From positions 544,001 to 608,000 of the forward strand of contig CAWEZH010000003.1 of assembly GCA_963813535.1 (NCBI GenBank): DNA of 64,000 nucleotides, given 5' to 3'. The position numbers were made by a program, and so were the translations under genes. The stretch comes from an uncultured Chloroflexia bacterium. GTDB lineage: Bacteria; Chloroflexota; Limnocylindria; Limnocylindrales; CSP1-4. This document shows positions 37,111 to 46,006 of this stretch, one piece after another (the first letter of the stretch is position 1; each line of letters opens with the position of its first letter). The notes below the pieces were generated by a model. It saw only the letters and a program-made list of their open reading frames with translations, was not told the DNA's origin and did no database searches.

Positions 37111-38297
37111 CGCGCTCGTTGCCAGGATTTGCCTTCCGTCTGGGTCGAGGGCGCATAGACCATCTCGACGCGCTGCATGTCGCGGATCGTCCGTGCGCCG
37201 AGGGCGGCCATCGACTGACGCAGGGCGCCGACGAGGTTCTCGCTGCCATCTGTCACATGGGCCGGCCCGAGCAGGATCCGCTCGAGCGAGCCGGTCGTGC
37301 CGACCTTGATGCGCGTGCCACGGGGGAGCGTCGGGGACGGGGCTGCCATGCCCCAGTTCATGCCGCGTCCGGGCGCCTCCTCCGCACGTGCAAGCGGCGA
37401 CCCGATCATCAGCATGTCGGCACCCGCAGCGATCGCCTTGGCGAGCTCGCCACCTCGGCGCATCCCGCCGTCGGCGACGACCGGCACGTACCGGCCGGTC
37501 TCATTGAAGTAGGCGTCGCGAGCGGCCGCGACATCGCTGATGGCGGTCACCTGCGGCACCCCGATGCCGAGCACCTCGCGCGTCGTGCACGCGGCGCCAG
37601 GCCCGACCCCCACGAACACGGCGGCGGCACCCTGTTCCATGAGCGCGAAGGCCGCGTCCGCGTTCGTCGTGTTGCCGACCGCGACCGGGATGGGCATGTA
37701 GCGGGTGAACTCGGCGAGCGACAGCGGGTCGTACTCGCTCGCGATGTGGCGTGCCGACGAGACCTGGCTCTGCACGAGGAAGAGGTCGGCACCGTGCTCC
37801 GCGCTGAATGGCCCGAAGCGGCGCGCGACGGCCGGGGTCGCCGCGACCGCCGCTTTCGAGCCCGCCGCATGGATCGACTCGATCAGCGCCGCGATCAGGT
37901 CCTCGCGGATGGGCTGTCGGTAGGCCTCGGCAAGGACGTCGTGGACATCGGCATCGGGTGCCGTGGCGATCCGCTCGAGCACCTCGTCGGGATCGTCGAA
38001 CCGAGCCTGGACCCCCTCGAGATTGAGGACGGCGAGGCCGCCGAGCCGTGCCAGCTCCCCGGCCATCCGTAAATCGACGACCGCGTCCATCGCCGAGGCG
38101 AGGATGGGGACCGCCAGGTCGATGCCGCAGAACGTCTGGGAGAGGTCGACGTCGGCCGGCTCGATCGTATCGGTGCCCGGCGCGAGCGAGACATCCTCGA
38201 AGCCATATGTCGGACGGATGGTGTCGACCTTGGACCGGAAGGCGCGGCGTGCGGCCGCCGGAGTGCTTGCTTCGGGTACGTCGGTCCGGTCGATCAC
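37107..38297 (-). CDS. guaB3: GuaB3-family IMP dehydrogenase-related protein
   Basis: ASAMDAV, NLEG, GVGPGAACTTR, ADGG, GSPLARA.EAPG.G..WGMA, LPRGTRI; no CBS domains. Confidence 0.9.
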   Translation of the reverse strand: MIDRTDVPEASTPAAARRAFRSKVDTIRPTYGFEDVSLAPGTDTIEPADVDLSQTFCGIDLAVPILASAMDAVVDLRMAGELARLGGLAVLNLEGVQARFDDPDEVLERIATAPDADVHDVLAEAYRQPIREDLIAALIESIHAAGSKAAVAATPAVARRFGPFSAEHGADLFLVQSQVSSARHIASEYDPLSLAEFTRYMPIPVAVGNTTNADAAFALMEQGAAAVFVGVGPGAACTTREVLGIGVPQVTAISDVAAARDAYFNETGRYVPVVADGGMRRGGELAKAIAAGADMLMIGSPLARAEEAPGRGMNWGMAAPSPTLPRGTRIKVGTTGSLERILLGPAHVTDGSENLVGALRQSMAALGARTIRDMQRVEMVYAPSTQTEGKSWQRAR

Positions 38298-38377
38298 GTC
38301 GCCCTCCCTGCCGCCTCACGGTGGGCCGCCTCGACCCCGAGTCTACCGCGCACGGTCGGCCGTCGCGCCCGGACCGG

Positions 38378-38890
38378 TCATGACGGACGGGGCTTGCGAT
38401 CGCCGTCCATCGTCAACTCGAACCAGATCGCCCGTTCGGGATCGGTGAGGTCGTCACGGATCCGCTCGATGGCCGTCCGATAGCCGGGCCAGATCACCTC
38501 GGCATGCGCGTCCTCGAGAGCGATCCAGCGGGCTGCATCGTGCTCATCGGACACGGTCGGTTCGGCACCATTGCGGATCCGCACCGCAAAGACCGCTGCG
38601 ATGACGATCGCGTCGTAAGTCGGCTCGTGGAACTGGTTCACGAAGTCCAGGTCGTAGAAGGCCTCGATATCGTCGGGCCCGTAGCCCGTCTCCTCGCGCA
38701 GCTCGCGGAGCGCGCCGGCCGCGACCCGGTCATCGGCCTCGAGCGAGCCCGAGACGCATTGCCAGAGGCCGGGCAGGATCTTGGCGGACCCTCGGCGCAT
38801 GAGCAGGATCTCCGTACTCGCGACATCCCTCGCGGACATGACGGTACGGAAGACCCAGCAGTCGACGAGATCGGGTCGCATCGGGCTCAC
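38378..38890 (-). CDS. NUDIX hydrolase
   Basis: Nudix box GSLEADD....ALRELREETG; EHDAARW. Confidence 0.85.
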   Translation of the reverse strand: MSPMRPDLVDCWVFRTVMSARDVASTEILLMRRGSAKILPGLWQCVSGSLEADDRVAAGALRELREETGYGPDDIEAFYDLDFVNQFHEPTYDAIVIAAVFAVRIRNGAEPTVSDEHDAARWIALEDAHAEVIWPGYRTAIERIRDDLTDPERAIWFELTMDGDRKPRPS

Positions 38891-38942
38891 TACGTGCACG
38901 CCTCCGGCTCCAGAGTATCGACCCAGGCATGACCCACGCCGG

Positions 38943-40196
38943 TCACCTGTGCCCGTTCGCCATCTTGATGGCGTCGGGCCGGCCGCGTAGCCGGAACATG
39001 GCGATGATCCCGACGACAGGACCCAGCGCGAGCACGAGCCATGCCAGCCGCCAGGTGTCGGCACCGCTCGGATCGAGCAGGCCGACGCCCAGGATCGTGA
39101 CGCTCGTCAGGGTGAAACCGACCGCGGTCTGGACCGAGAGCGCCGAGCCTGCCGTCCCGGGCGGGGCGAGCTCGGACACGGCTGACGAGAACTGGGCAGA
39201 GTCGGCAACGACCGATACGCCCCAGATGACGGCCACGAGGACGATGACCGGGATCGGCGCGCCGAACAGGATGCCCGCGACGATCGCCGACGTGCCGGAC
39301 GTGCCCAGCGCGACGATCGTGGTCGTCGTCCGGCCGACTCGATCGGCGATGCCACCCGCGACCGCCGAGCCGACGCCCCCGGCGGCGACCACGACGAAGG
39401 CCGTCAGCGAGGCTGCCGCCGGATCCGTGACGCCAGCAGCCGCGAACGTCGCGATCAGGAAGATCGGGATCCACGTCCACATCGCGAACAGTTCCCACAT
39501 ATGGCCGAAATAGCCGATCGACGCCAGCCGGACCGATGGTTCTCGGAACGCGGCGGCGGCGATCGCAGGCGAGAAGCGCGGGGCCGCGATGTCGAGTGGG
39601 CCGGCCCGCGCCGCCAGGCCCACCAGTACCGCACCGACGATCGCTGCCACGCTCGTCGCCACGACGACCGGTCGCCAGTCGACCCCCGCGTACACCCCCA
39701 GAGCGCGGAACAGGAACGGCAATGCCACGCCGACCGTGAGCGCCCCGTTCACGACCCCGATCGCCAGGCCGCGGTCGCGCCGGAACCAGCCGGCGGCGAG
39801 CTTCATCGCGACAGGGTAGACGGCGGCGAGTGCCGCTCCGGTGAGGAACCGAAACGGGACCGCAGACGCCGGGTCCGTCGCGACGAGCCCGAACCCGAGG
39901 TTCGCGAACGCGGCGATCATCGCCCCGACGGCGAACAGGCGTTGGCCGGGGATCACGTCGGGCGCGCCGATCGCCGCGAGTCCGATCGCACCGACGGCGA
40001 ACCCGAGCTGGACGACGACGGTGAGGAACGGGAGGTCGAGCAGACCGACCGTCCACTCCTCCCGGAGGATCGGCGCGACTGCAGCCGCGGCGAAGGACGG
40101 CGACATCGCGAGGACCATGCCGACGCTGAGGATCAGCAGCTGGATCCAACGCTCGGATGGCTCGTCCCCACGCTCGCCTGTAAGGGCGACCGTCAC
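38943..40196 (-). CDS. MFS transporter
   Basis: About 12 TMs; GYFGHMWELFAMW, ADRVGR, ADSAQFS. Confidence 0.9.
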   Translation of the reverse strand: MTVALTGERGDEPSERWIQLLILSVGMVLAMSPSFAAAAVAPILREEWTVGLLDLPFLTVVVQLGFAVGAIGLAAIGAPDVIPGQRLFAVGAMIAAFANLGFGLVATDPASAVPFRFLTGAALAAVYPVAMKLAAGWFRRDRGLAIGVVNGALTVGVALPFLFRALGVYAGVDWRPVVVATSVAAIVGAVLVGLAARAGPLDIAAPRFSPAIAAAAFREPSVRLASIGYFGHMWELFAMWTWIPIFLIATFAAAGVTDPAAASLTAFVVVAAGGVGSAVAGGIADRVGRTTTTIVALGTSGTSAIVAGILFGAPIPVIVLVAVIWGVSVVADSAQFSSAVSELAPPGTAGSALSVQTAVGFTLTSVTILGVGLLDPSGADTWRLAWLVLALGPVVGIIAMFRLRGRPDAIKMANGHR

Positions 40197-40615
40197 GCGG
40201 GATCCGTCGGGATCATCGTGTACACGACGCACGTGCCCGTCAGCACCTCGGTGCCATCCGATCGGCGGGCGACACAGCGGAGCGTGGTGATCGGCTTGTC
40301 CGCACGGGCATCGATGACCTCGGCCTCCGCCGTGACGGTGTCGCCGATGTAGACCGGTGACGGGTAATCCCATTCCTGATGGAGGAAGACGCTGCCGGGT
40401 CCCGGCAGGACCTCGGCGACCAACGCGTTGAACAGGCCGGTCGTCAGTCCGCCGTGGACGACGAGTCCGCCCGGGCGGGTGCGGCGCGCGAAATCCTCGT
40501 CGAAGTGCAGCGGGTTCCGGTCACCGGTCAGGCGCGCGAAGGCCTCGACGTCATCTGGCGTGAATGTCTTCGTCCAGGTCCCGCGCTGGCCGACCGCGGG
40601 CGGCCTCCATGGCAT
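40193..40615 (-). CDS. MaoC family dehydratase
   Basis: FARLTGDRNPLH.D..FA, VHG, PVYIGD. Confidence 0.9.
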   Translation of the reverse strand: MPWRPPAVGQRGTWTKTFTPDDVEAFARLTGDRNPLHFDEDFARRTRPGGLVVHGGLTTGLFNALVAEVLPGPGSVFLHQEWDYPSPVYIGDTVTAEAEVIDARADKPITTLRCVARRSDGTEVLTGTCVVYTMIPTDPA

Positions 40616-40620
40616 CGGCC

Positions 40621-40950
40621 CTAGAGCCGTTCGTACCGGTCGACCGGGACGACGAAGACCGTGGCCCCGCCCACCTCGACCTCCAGCGGATACGGCATGA
40701 AGAACTCGCCGGGCTCCATGATCGGCGGCATCGGGTTGACCACCTGCGTGCGCGAGGTGCACGTCTCGCGGATGACGGCGAGGACCTCATCGACGTCGTT
40801 CTCCTCGACGCCAAGGAAGATCGTCGCGTTCGAGCGCTTGAGGAAGCCGCCGGAGCTCGACACACGGGTCGCGCGGAACTCCTTGTCCAGCAAGGCATCG
40901 ACGAGTGCGCCAGCGTCCTCGTTATGCACGATCGCCACGACGAGCTTCAT
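40621..40950 (-). CDS. darA: Cyclic-di-AMP receptor, PII-like (DarA/PstA, DUF970)
   Basis: MKLVVAIVH.ED, ATR.SSSGGFL..N.T, VEVGGATVFV. Confidence 0.9.
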   Translation of the reverse strand: MKLVVAIVHNEDAGALVDALLDKEFRATRVSSSGGFLKRSNATIFLGVEENDVDEVLAVIRETCTSRTQVVNPMPPIMEPGEFFMPYPLEVEVGGATVFVVPVDRYERL

Positions 40951-40957
40951 CGCGCGG

Positions 40958-40987
40958 AGTATCCGCGGCGGGCATGCGCGTGGTCAA
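40958..40987 (-). promoter_or_regulatory. Sigma70-type promoter of darA (leaderless)
   Basis: TTGACC-N18-GATACT, 7 nt before the ATG. Confidence 0.6.
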
Positions 40988-41054
40988 CGCGCCTTCTGCC
41001 GATTCGGGCGGTGTACGATGCGGCCTCCGAACCAACGCGTGCAGGAGTCCACCC

Positions 41055-42038
41055 GTGTCCGACGGTCCGTCCCGCGACCCACGAAGCCCGTTGCCCGCGG
41101 CGATCCAGGCAGCGACAGGCGACGATCTCGATGCGGCGCTGCGCGGGATCATCGACGCCGGGGTCGCCGGGCTGGGGCCGACCGGCGCCGCGATCTTCCT
41201 TTCGGATCCGGATCGGGCTGGCCTCCAGCTCGCCGCGTCGGTCGGTCTCGATGAGACCGATGCCGGGACGCTGGCAGAGGCCACCGCCGGTCAGGCCGCC
41301 CGGTACGACCAGGCGTCGTCGGACGGCGAATCGCTCGTGGTCACCTCGGTCCCATTGGTGATCGGGCGGGGCGGCGTGGAATCGACACTCGGCGCACTGG
41401 TCCTCTCGTGGCCGGCTCCCCACACCACGTCAGATGACGATCGCGCCGTCATCGAGTCACTTGCGGCGCTGGCGGCCCTTGCCGCCGATCGTGCCCGCCG
41501 GGCATCGGACAGCGCTGAGCGGTCCGAGTGGTTCGAGCGGATGGCCCACACCGACCCGCTGACGGGCCTCGCCAACGAACGCACCGTGGCGCGCGTCCTC
41601 GAGCTCGAGCTGGCCCGCGCCGGTCGACAGGGCAGTGAGGTCGCGCTGGCGCTGTTCGACGTCGACGATTTCCGGTCGGCCAACGCCAGCGATGGCCAGC
41701 AGGCCGGGGATGACATCCTGCGTCGCGTCGCGGCGGTCCTCGCCGAGTCCGTCCGCCTTGTCGACACCGTCGGGCGGATCGGTGGCGACGAGTTCGTCCT
41801 GGTCGCCCCTGGCGCTGCAGGTGCCATCGTCGCCCGGCGCGTGCAGGACGGGATCTCGGCGCTGCCAGCGACCTCGGGTCGAGGCGTGACCGTCTCGGCC
41901 GGTGTCGCGACCTTCCCCGCCGACGGCGGCGACGTCGAATCGCTGATCGCGGCGGCGAATGCGGCGCTCGAGCGGGCGAAATCCGCCGGCGCTGGGACCG
42001 TCGCGGACGCCGAGCCGGTTCCCGGAACCCCGACCTGA
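41055..42038 (+). CDS. GAF-GGDEF diguanylate cyclase
   Basis: GAF-like N-terminus; TDPLTGLAN, DVDDF...N, RxxD I-site (RLVD), intact GGDEF; AGGAG SD before the GTG. Confidence 0.88.
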   Translation: MSDGPSRDPRSPLPAAIQAATGDDLDAALRGIIDAGVAGLGPTGAAIFLSDPDRAGLQLAASVGLDETDAGTLAEATAGQAARYDQASSDGESLVVTSVPLVIGRGGVESTLGALVLSWPAPHTTSDDDRAVIESLAALAALAADRARRASDSAERSEWFERMAHTDPLTGLANERTVARVLELELARAGRQGSEVALALFDVDDFRSANASDGQQAGDDILRRVAAVLAESVRLVDTVGRIGGDEFVLVAPGAAGAIVARRVQDGISALPATSGRGVTVSAGVATFPADGGDVESLIAAANAALERAKSAGAGTVADAEPVPGTPT

Positions 42039-42039
42039 G

Positions 42040-42954
42040 CTAGCCGCTCGACGCCGGGCTCGCGGTCCCGACCGAGACCGGATCGCTCGAGGGCGCGGTC
42101 ATCCCGGAACGGGGCTCACGCGTGACGGCCAGGACGATCCCGTCCTCGGCCGGGACACCGTCGGCCACGAAATACGCGACGCCGTCGTCTCCGACGCGGA
42201 CACCACCGAGGGCCGCAGGGGCGGTATCCGGCAGGATCATCCACGCCTCGTAGACCTCACTGCCGGTCGTCGGCGGCAGGTCGCGCATGGCGATCTGCAT
42301 CTCGCCATCGGCGGTGATGGCCGCCAGACCGTTCGGGCCCTGGCCGGACTGGTTCGTCATGATCGCGGTCAGCGCACCGGGCTGGCGGGCGGCGTCGAGC
42401 ACCGAGGCCACCTGGCGCTCGTACGCCCTCGCGTTGTCCAGCTGGCCCTGCAACGACAGGTTCCATGCCCCGACCAGCACGATGGCCAGGACCGCGGCGA
42501 TGCCCAGGACCCACGACAGGCGCGGCTGACGCCTCGAGTCGATCGGGGTCGGCCGTGGCGACGGGATCGCCTCGGCCGGGCGTGACGGCTCGTCGGCAGC
42601 GGGCGGCACGGTGGCGGCCGTCGTCGTGACGGTCTGGGTCGCGCCGGTCGCCGTCGCGGCGGGGGCGCTCGCCGTCGCCGCGGCCTCGCGTCGGCGAGCA
42701 TCCAGGTCCGCGGCCGCGGCCGCCATGATCCGGTCCTTGAGAGCCGGCGGTGGATCCATCGGTCGCAGGCCAGCGTGCAGCACAGGCAGCACGCCGCCGA
42801 GCTCGGCGATCTCCGGATGCGGTTCCGCGCAGGTCGAAAGATGCTCGCGAACCGCCGCCATCTCGTCGTCGGGCAGTGCGCCCAGCACGAACGAGGCGGC
42901 GAGGTCGGCGACCTCGTCACAGCGCAGCCCGCCCGGCGATCGCGGATCGGTCAC
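42040..42954 (-). CDS. rskA: Anti-sigma factor (RskA-like)
   Basis: LA..FVLGAL, HLSTC, one TM, YEAW, AVTREP..G..APS. Confidence 0.85.
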   Translation of the reverse strand: MTDPRSPGGLRCDEVADLAASFVLGALPDDEMAAVREHLSTCAEPHPEIAELGGVLPVLHAGLRPMDPPPALKDRIMAAAAADLDARRREAAATASAPAATATGATQTVTTTAATVPPAADEPSRPAEAIPSPRPTPIDSRRQPRLSWVLGIAAVLAIVLVGAWNLSLQGQLDNARAYERQVASVLDAARQPGALTAIMTNQSGQGPNGLAAITADGEMQIAMRDLPPTTGSEVYEAWMILPDTAPAALGGVRVGDDGVAYFVADGVPAEDGIVLAVTREPRSGMTAPSSDPVSVGTASPASSG

Positions 42955-43538
42955 GGTGTGATCACCCTGCGCATGGCGAGCAGGCCGAGCCGCATGCGGC
43001 TCTTGACGGTGCCCAACGGCGTGCCTGTCCGCTCGGCGATCTCGACCTGGGTGAGACCACCGAAGTAGGCGAGCTCGAGCGCCTCACGCTGGACGTCGGT
43101 CAGTGACGCGAGAGCGGCACGCACCTCGTCCGCCTCGAGATTTGCCGATACCTCCGTCCATACGTCCGGCAGGCGCAGGGCGGGCGGCGGGGCGTCATCC
43201 CGCTCGGGCAGCTCGACGGTCGCCCGTCGGCGTCGGACCGCGTCGATCGCACGGTGGTGGACGATCGACAACAGCCATGTCTTGACGCTGCCGCGGCCCT
43301 CGACGTAGCGGGCTGCATTGCGCCAGGCGCCAAGGAACGCCTCCTGCACGACATCCTCGGCGAGGGTCGCGTCGTTCGTGATCCGATATGCGATGGAATA
43401 GGCCATGGTCTTGTAACGCTCGTACAGGTCGTCGAGCGCCCCGAGCTCCCCGCGGGCGATGCGCTCCAACGCCGCGCGATCCGCGTCGTCCGTGACGGTC
43501 GCCACGCGGAGCGGGAGTGGGCCCGACGACTCGCTCAT
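42951..43538 (-). CDS. ECF RNA polymerase sigma factor (SigK-like)
   Basis: AEDVVQEAF, WL..IVHHRAID, LAYFGGLTQ.EIA, PLGTVKSRMR. Confidence 0.92.
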   Translation of the reverse strand: MSESSGPLPLRVATVTDDADRAALERIARGELGALDDLYERYKTMAYSIAYRITNDATLAEDVVQEAFLGAWRNAARYVEGRGSVKTWLLSIVHHRAIDAVRRRRATVELPERDDAPPPALRLPDVWTEVSANLEADEVRAALASLTDVQREALELAYFGGLTQVEIAERTGTPLGTVKSRMRLGLLAMRRVITP

Positions 43539-44224
43539 CCCCTACTGCGCACGCGGGGCGCCGGCGGTTCACTGTGCAGGACGCGATCGTCGACGATGGC
43601 CGCGATCTCCTCGCTCACCTGGTCGATGTCACCGGTGGCATCGACGATGGCGACGCGCCCGGGCTCCCCGGCGGCGATGGCCACGAACCCCTGCCGGACG
43701 CGGCGGTGGAAACCCAGGTCGTACTCGGCCTCGAACCTCGTCACATCGCCGGGCGCCTTGCGGGCGAGACCGGCCTCCACCGGGACGTCGAGGATCAGGG
43801 TCAGGTCGGGCCGCAGGCCGTCCGTCGCGGCATCCGCGAGGTCGCGCAGTCGCTCGATGTCGACACCCGCCCCGTAGCCCTGGTACGCCAGCGTCGAGTC
43901 CACGAACCGCGCGCAGATGACGGTGGTACCGGCCTCGAGGGCCGGGCGGATCACCTCGCGCACGAGCTGGCGGCGCGCGGCGTTGAAGAGCAGCGCATCG
44001 GCGAGCGGGTCGGTGGGTGCCGTCGAGCCGGTCCGTTCCAGCAACAGGTCGCGGATGCGCTCGCCGAGCCACGTCCCACCCGGCTCACGGGTCAGATGGA
44101 CAGCCGTCCCCCGCTCCCTCAGGTGTGCCGCGAGACGCTGGGCCTGCGTGGTCTTGCCGCCACCGTCCGGCCCGTCGATCGTGATGAACGCCCCGCGACC
44201 CGCGGTGGCGTGGCCTCCTGACAT
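43535..44224 (-). CDS. tmk: Thymidylate kinase
   Basis: FITIDGPDGGGKTTQ, TREPGGT, STLAYQGYG, PDLT.ILDVP; ATG at 44224 after TACACT. Confidence 0.93.
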   Translation of the reverse strand: MSGGHATAGRGAFITIDGPDGGGKTTQAQRLAAHLRERGTAVHLTREPGGTWLGERIRDLLLERTGSTAPTDPLADALLFNAARRQLVREVIRPALEAGTTVICARFVDSTLAYQGYGAGVDIERLRDLADAATDGLRPDLTLILDVPVEAGLARKAPGDVTRFEAEYDLGFHRRVRQGFVAIAAGEPGRVAIVDATGDIDQVSEEIAAIVDDRVLHSEPPAPRVRSRG

Positions 44225-44271
44225 CGGCCCGAGTGTAGCCGACACACCCCCATCGACCGGAGTGCCCGGGC

Positions 44272-44297
44272 TCATCCGATGGGGACTCCGGCGCGTA
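44272..44297 (+). promoter_or_regulatory. Candidate ECF (SigK-like) promoter
   Basis: TCATCC-N16-CGTA; the related TGAACC-N16-CGCA precedes the sigma gene (43546-43571, minus strand). Confidence 0.45.
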
Positions 44298-44308
44298 CCC
44301 TCGACAAG

Positions 44309-45937
44309 ATGGGACGCTCCAGACGATCGCGCGCGATCCGCGTGCTCGCTGCCGCAGTGGCAGTGGGCCTCGTCCTGGCGCTCCCGTTGACCGTGATGGC
44401 CCATCCGCTGGGCAACTTCACGATCAACCACTTCGCGGAGGTCCGGGTCGAAGTCGATCGCGTCGTCCTCGACGTCGTGATCGACCAGGCCGAGATCCCG
44501 ACCTTCCAGGCTCGCCAGGACTTCGACCTCGATGCCGACGGTTCGCTCTCCGACGAGGAGATCGACGAAGGTCGACTGGCCGCCTGCGACACCATCGCCA
44601 GGTCGATCTCGCTGACGGGCGATGAGCGTCCGCTCGAGCCGCGGCTGGTCGAAGCGGGACTGTCGTTCCCGCTCGGCGTGGGCGGCTTGGCCACGATGCG
44701 CCAGGTCTGCGCCTTCGAAGCACCGCTCGGCCGGACGATCGATCCCGGTGGCGTCGACCTCGCCTTCACCGACGGCTCGTTCCCCGAGCGGGTCGGTTGG
44801 CGCGAGATCGTGGTGCGTGGATCCGGCGTTTCGGTCCGCGCCCTCGAGGGAGAGGTCCGCGCGGTCGGTGTCTCGGACCGGCTTCGTGCATACCCCGAGG
44901 ACCGGCTCGCCAGCCCGCTGTCGGATACTGCCGTGGTCGTTCGCGCCATACCGGGTGGCCCGGCTCTCCCACCGCTCGACATCCCCGATGCCGATCCCGT
45001 CGTGGCGGCCGCTTCTCCGGTCGGACCGTCGGCGGCCCCGTCAGCTGGGCCGTCGCCCGCGCCGTCCGGACTGCCAGACCCGACGCCTGCCGTCGTCCCG
45101 GGCGGCATCGCCGCCACCGAGCTGCCCGACATCTTCCGCCAGACCGATCTGACGCCCGTGGTCCTCCTCCTGTCGCTCGCGGCCGCGGCCGCCCTGGGTG
45201 CCGGTCACGCGCTGACGCCAGGGCACGGCAAGACCCTGATGGCGGCGTACCTCGTCGGGACGCGCGGTTCCGCTCGCCACGCGATCGGCCTGGGCGCCGC
45301 GGTGAGCGTGTCGCATACGGCCGGCATCCTCGTGCTGGCGACGATCATCGTGGCAGCGACCGACGTGATCGCCCCTGACACGGTCGTGCGCTGGGCGCCG
45401 GTCGTGGCAGCGGTCTCGATCCTGTTGATCGGGGGGTGGATGCTCCTGGGCGAGATCAGGCGGCGTCGAACGGCCCGGACCGGCCATCAGGGCGAGCATC
45501 GCCACGATCATGCGCATCCCCATGTCGAGGACCATGGCCACGTCCACCCCCACGTTCACGCCAACGAGCACGGACACCCGCACCCGCACGGCCACGCGGC
45601 GGGATCCACCATCACGTGGCGGAGCCTGTTCGTGCTCGGGCTGGCGGGTGGCTTGATCCCCTCGACCAGCGCCCTGCTGATCCTCCTCGGCTCGATCGCC
45701 GCCGGCCGACCCGCCTTCGGCCTCGTCCTTGTCGTTGCGTTCGGTCTGGGCATGGCCGCGGTCATGAGCGGGATCGGCCTCATCCTCGTGACGGCGCGTG
45801 ACCGGGTCGATCGGGTCCAGGCGGGTGCCGGCCTGGCACGCGTCCGCGAGGCCGTGCCGCTCGCCGCCGCGGTCGTGGTGCTCGGCTTCGGCGTCGTCCT
45901 CACGGCCCAGGCCCTATCGGCGGTGCGCGTCCTCTGA
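44309..45937 (+). CDS. RcnA/NicO-type nickel/cobalt transporter with an extracytoplasmic N-terminal domain
   Basis: Signal peptide then HPLGNF; HALTPGHGKT, SHT.G, His-rich loop, GGLIPS, FGLGMA. Confidence 0.87.
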   Translation: MGRSRRSRAIRVLAAAVAVGLVLALPLTVMAHPLGNFTINHFAEVRVEVDRVVLDVVIDQAEIPTFQARQDFDLDADGSLSDEEIDEGRLAACDTIARSISLTGDERPLEPRLVEAGLSFPLGVGGLATMRQVCAFEAPLGRTIDPGGVDLAFTDGSFPERVGWREIVVRGSGVSVRALEGEVRAVGVSDRLRAYPEDRLASPLSDTAVVVRAIPGGPALPPLDIPDADPVVAAASPVGPSAAPSAGPSPAPSGLPDPTPAVVPGGIAATELPDIFRQTDLTPVVLLLSLAAAAALGAGHALTPGHGKTLMAAYLVGTRGSARHAIGLGAAVSVSHTAGILVLATIIVAATDVIAPDTVVRWAPVVAAVSILLIGGWMLLGEIRRRRTARTGHQGEHRHDHAHPHVEDHGHVHPHVHANEHGHPHPHGHAAGSTITWRSLFVLGLAGGLIPSTSALLILLGSIAAGRPAFGLVLVVAFGLGMAAVMSGIGLILVTARDRVDRVQAGAGLARVREAVPLAAAVVVLGFGVVLTAQALSAVRVL

Positions 45938-46006
45938 GCACCCGGCTCGGGATACGGAATCCACCCGAGTGCCGGCGCTCCCACCCGCTGGTAGGCTGAC
46001 CGACCC

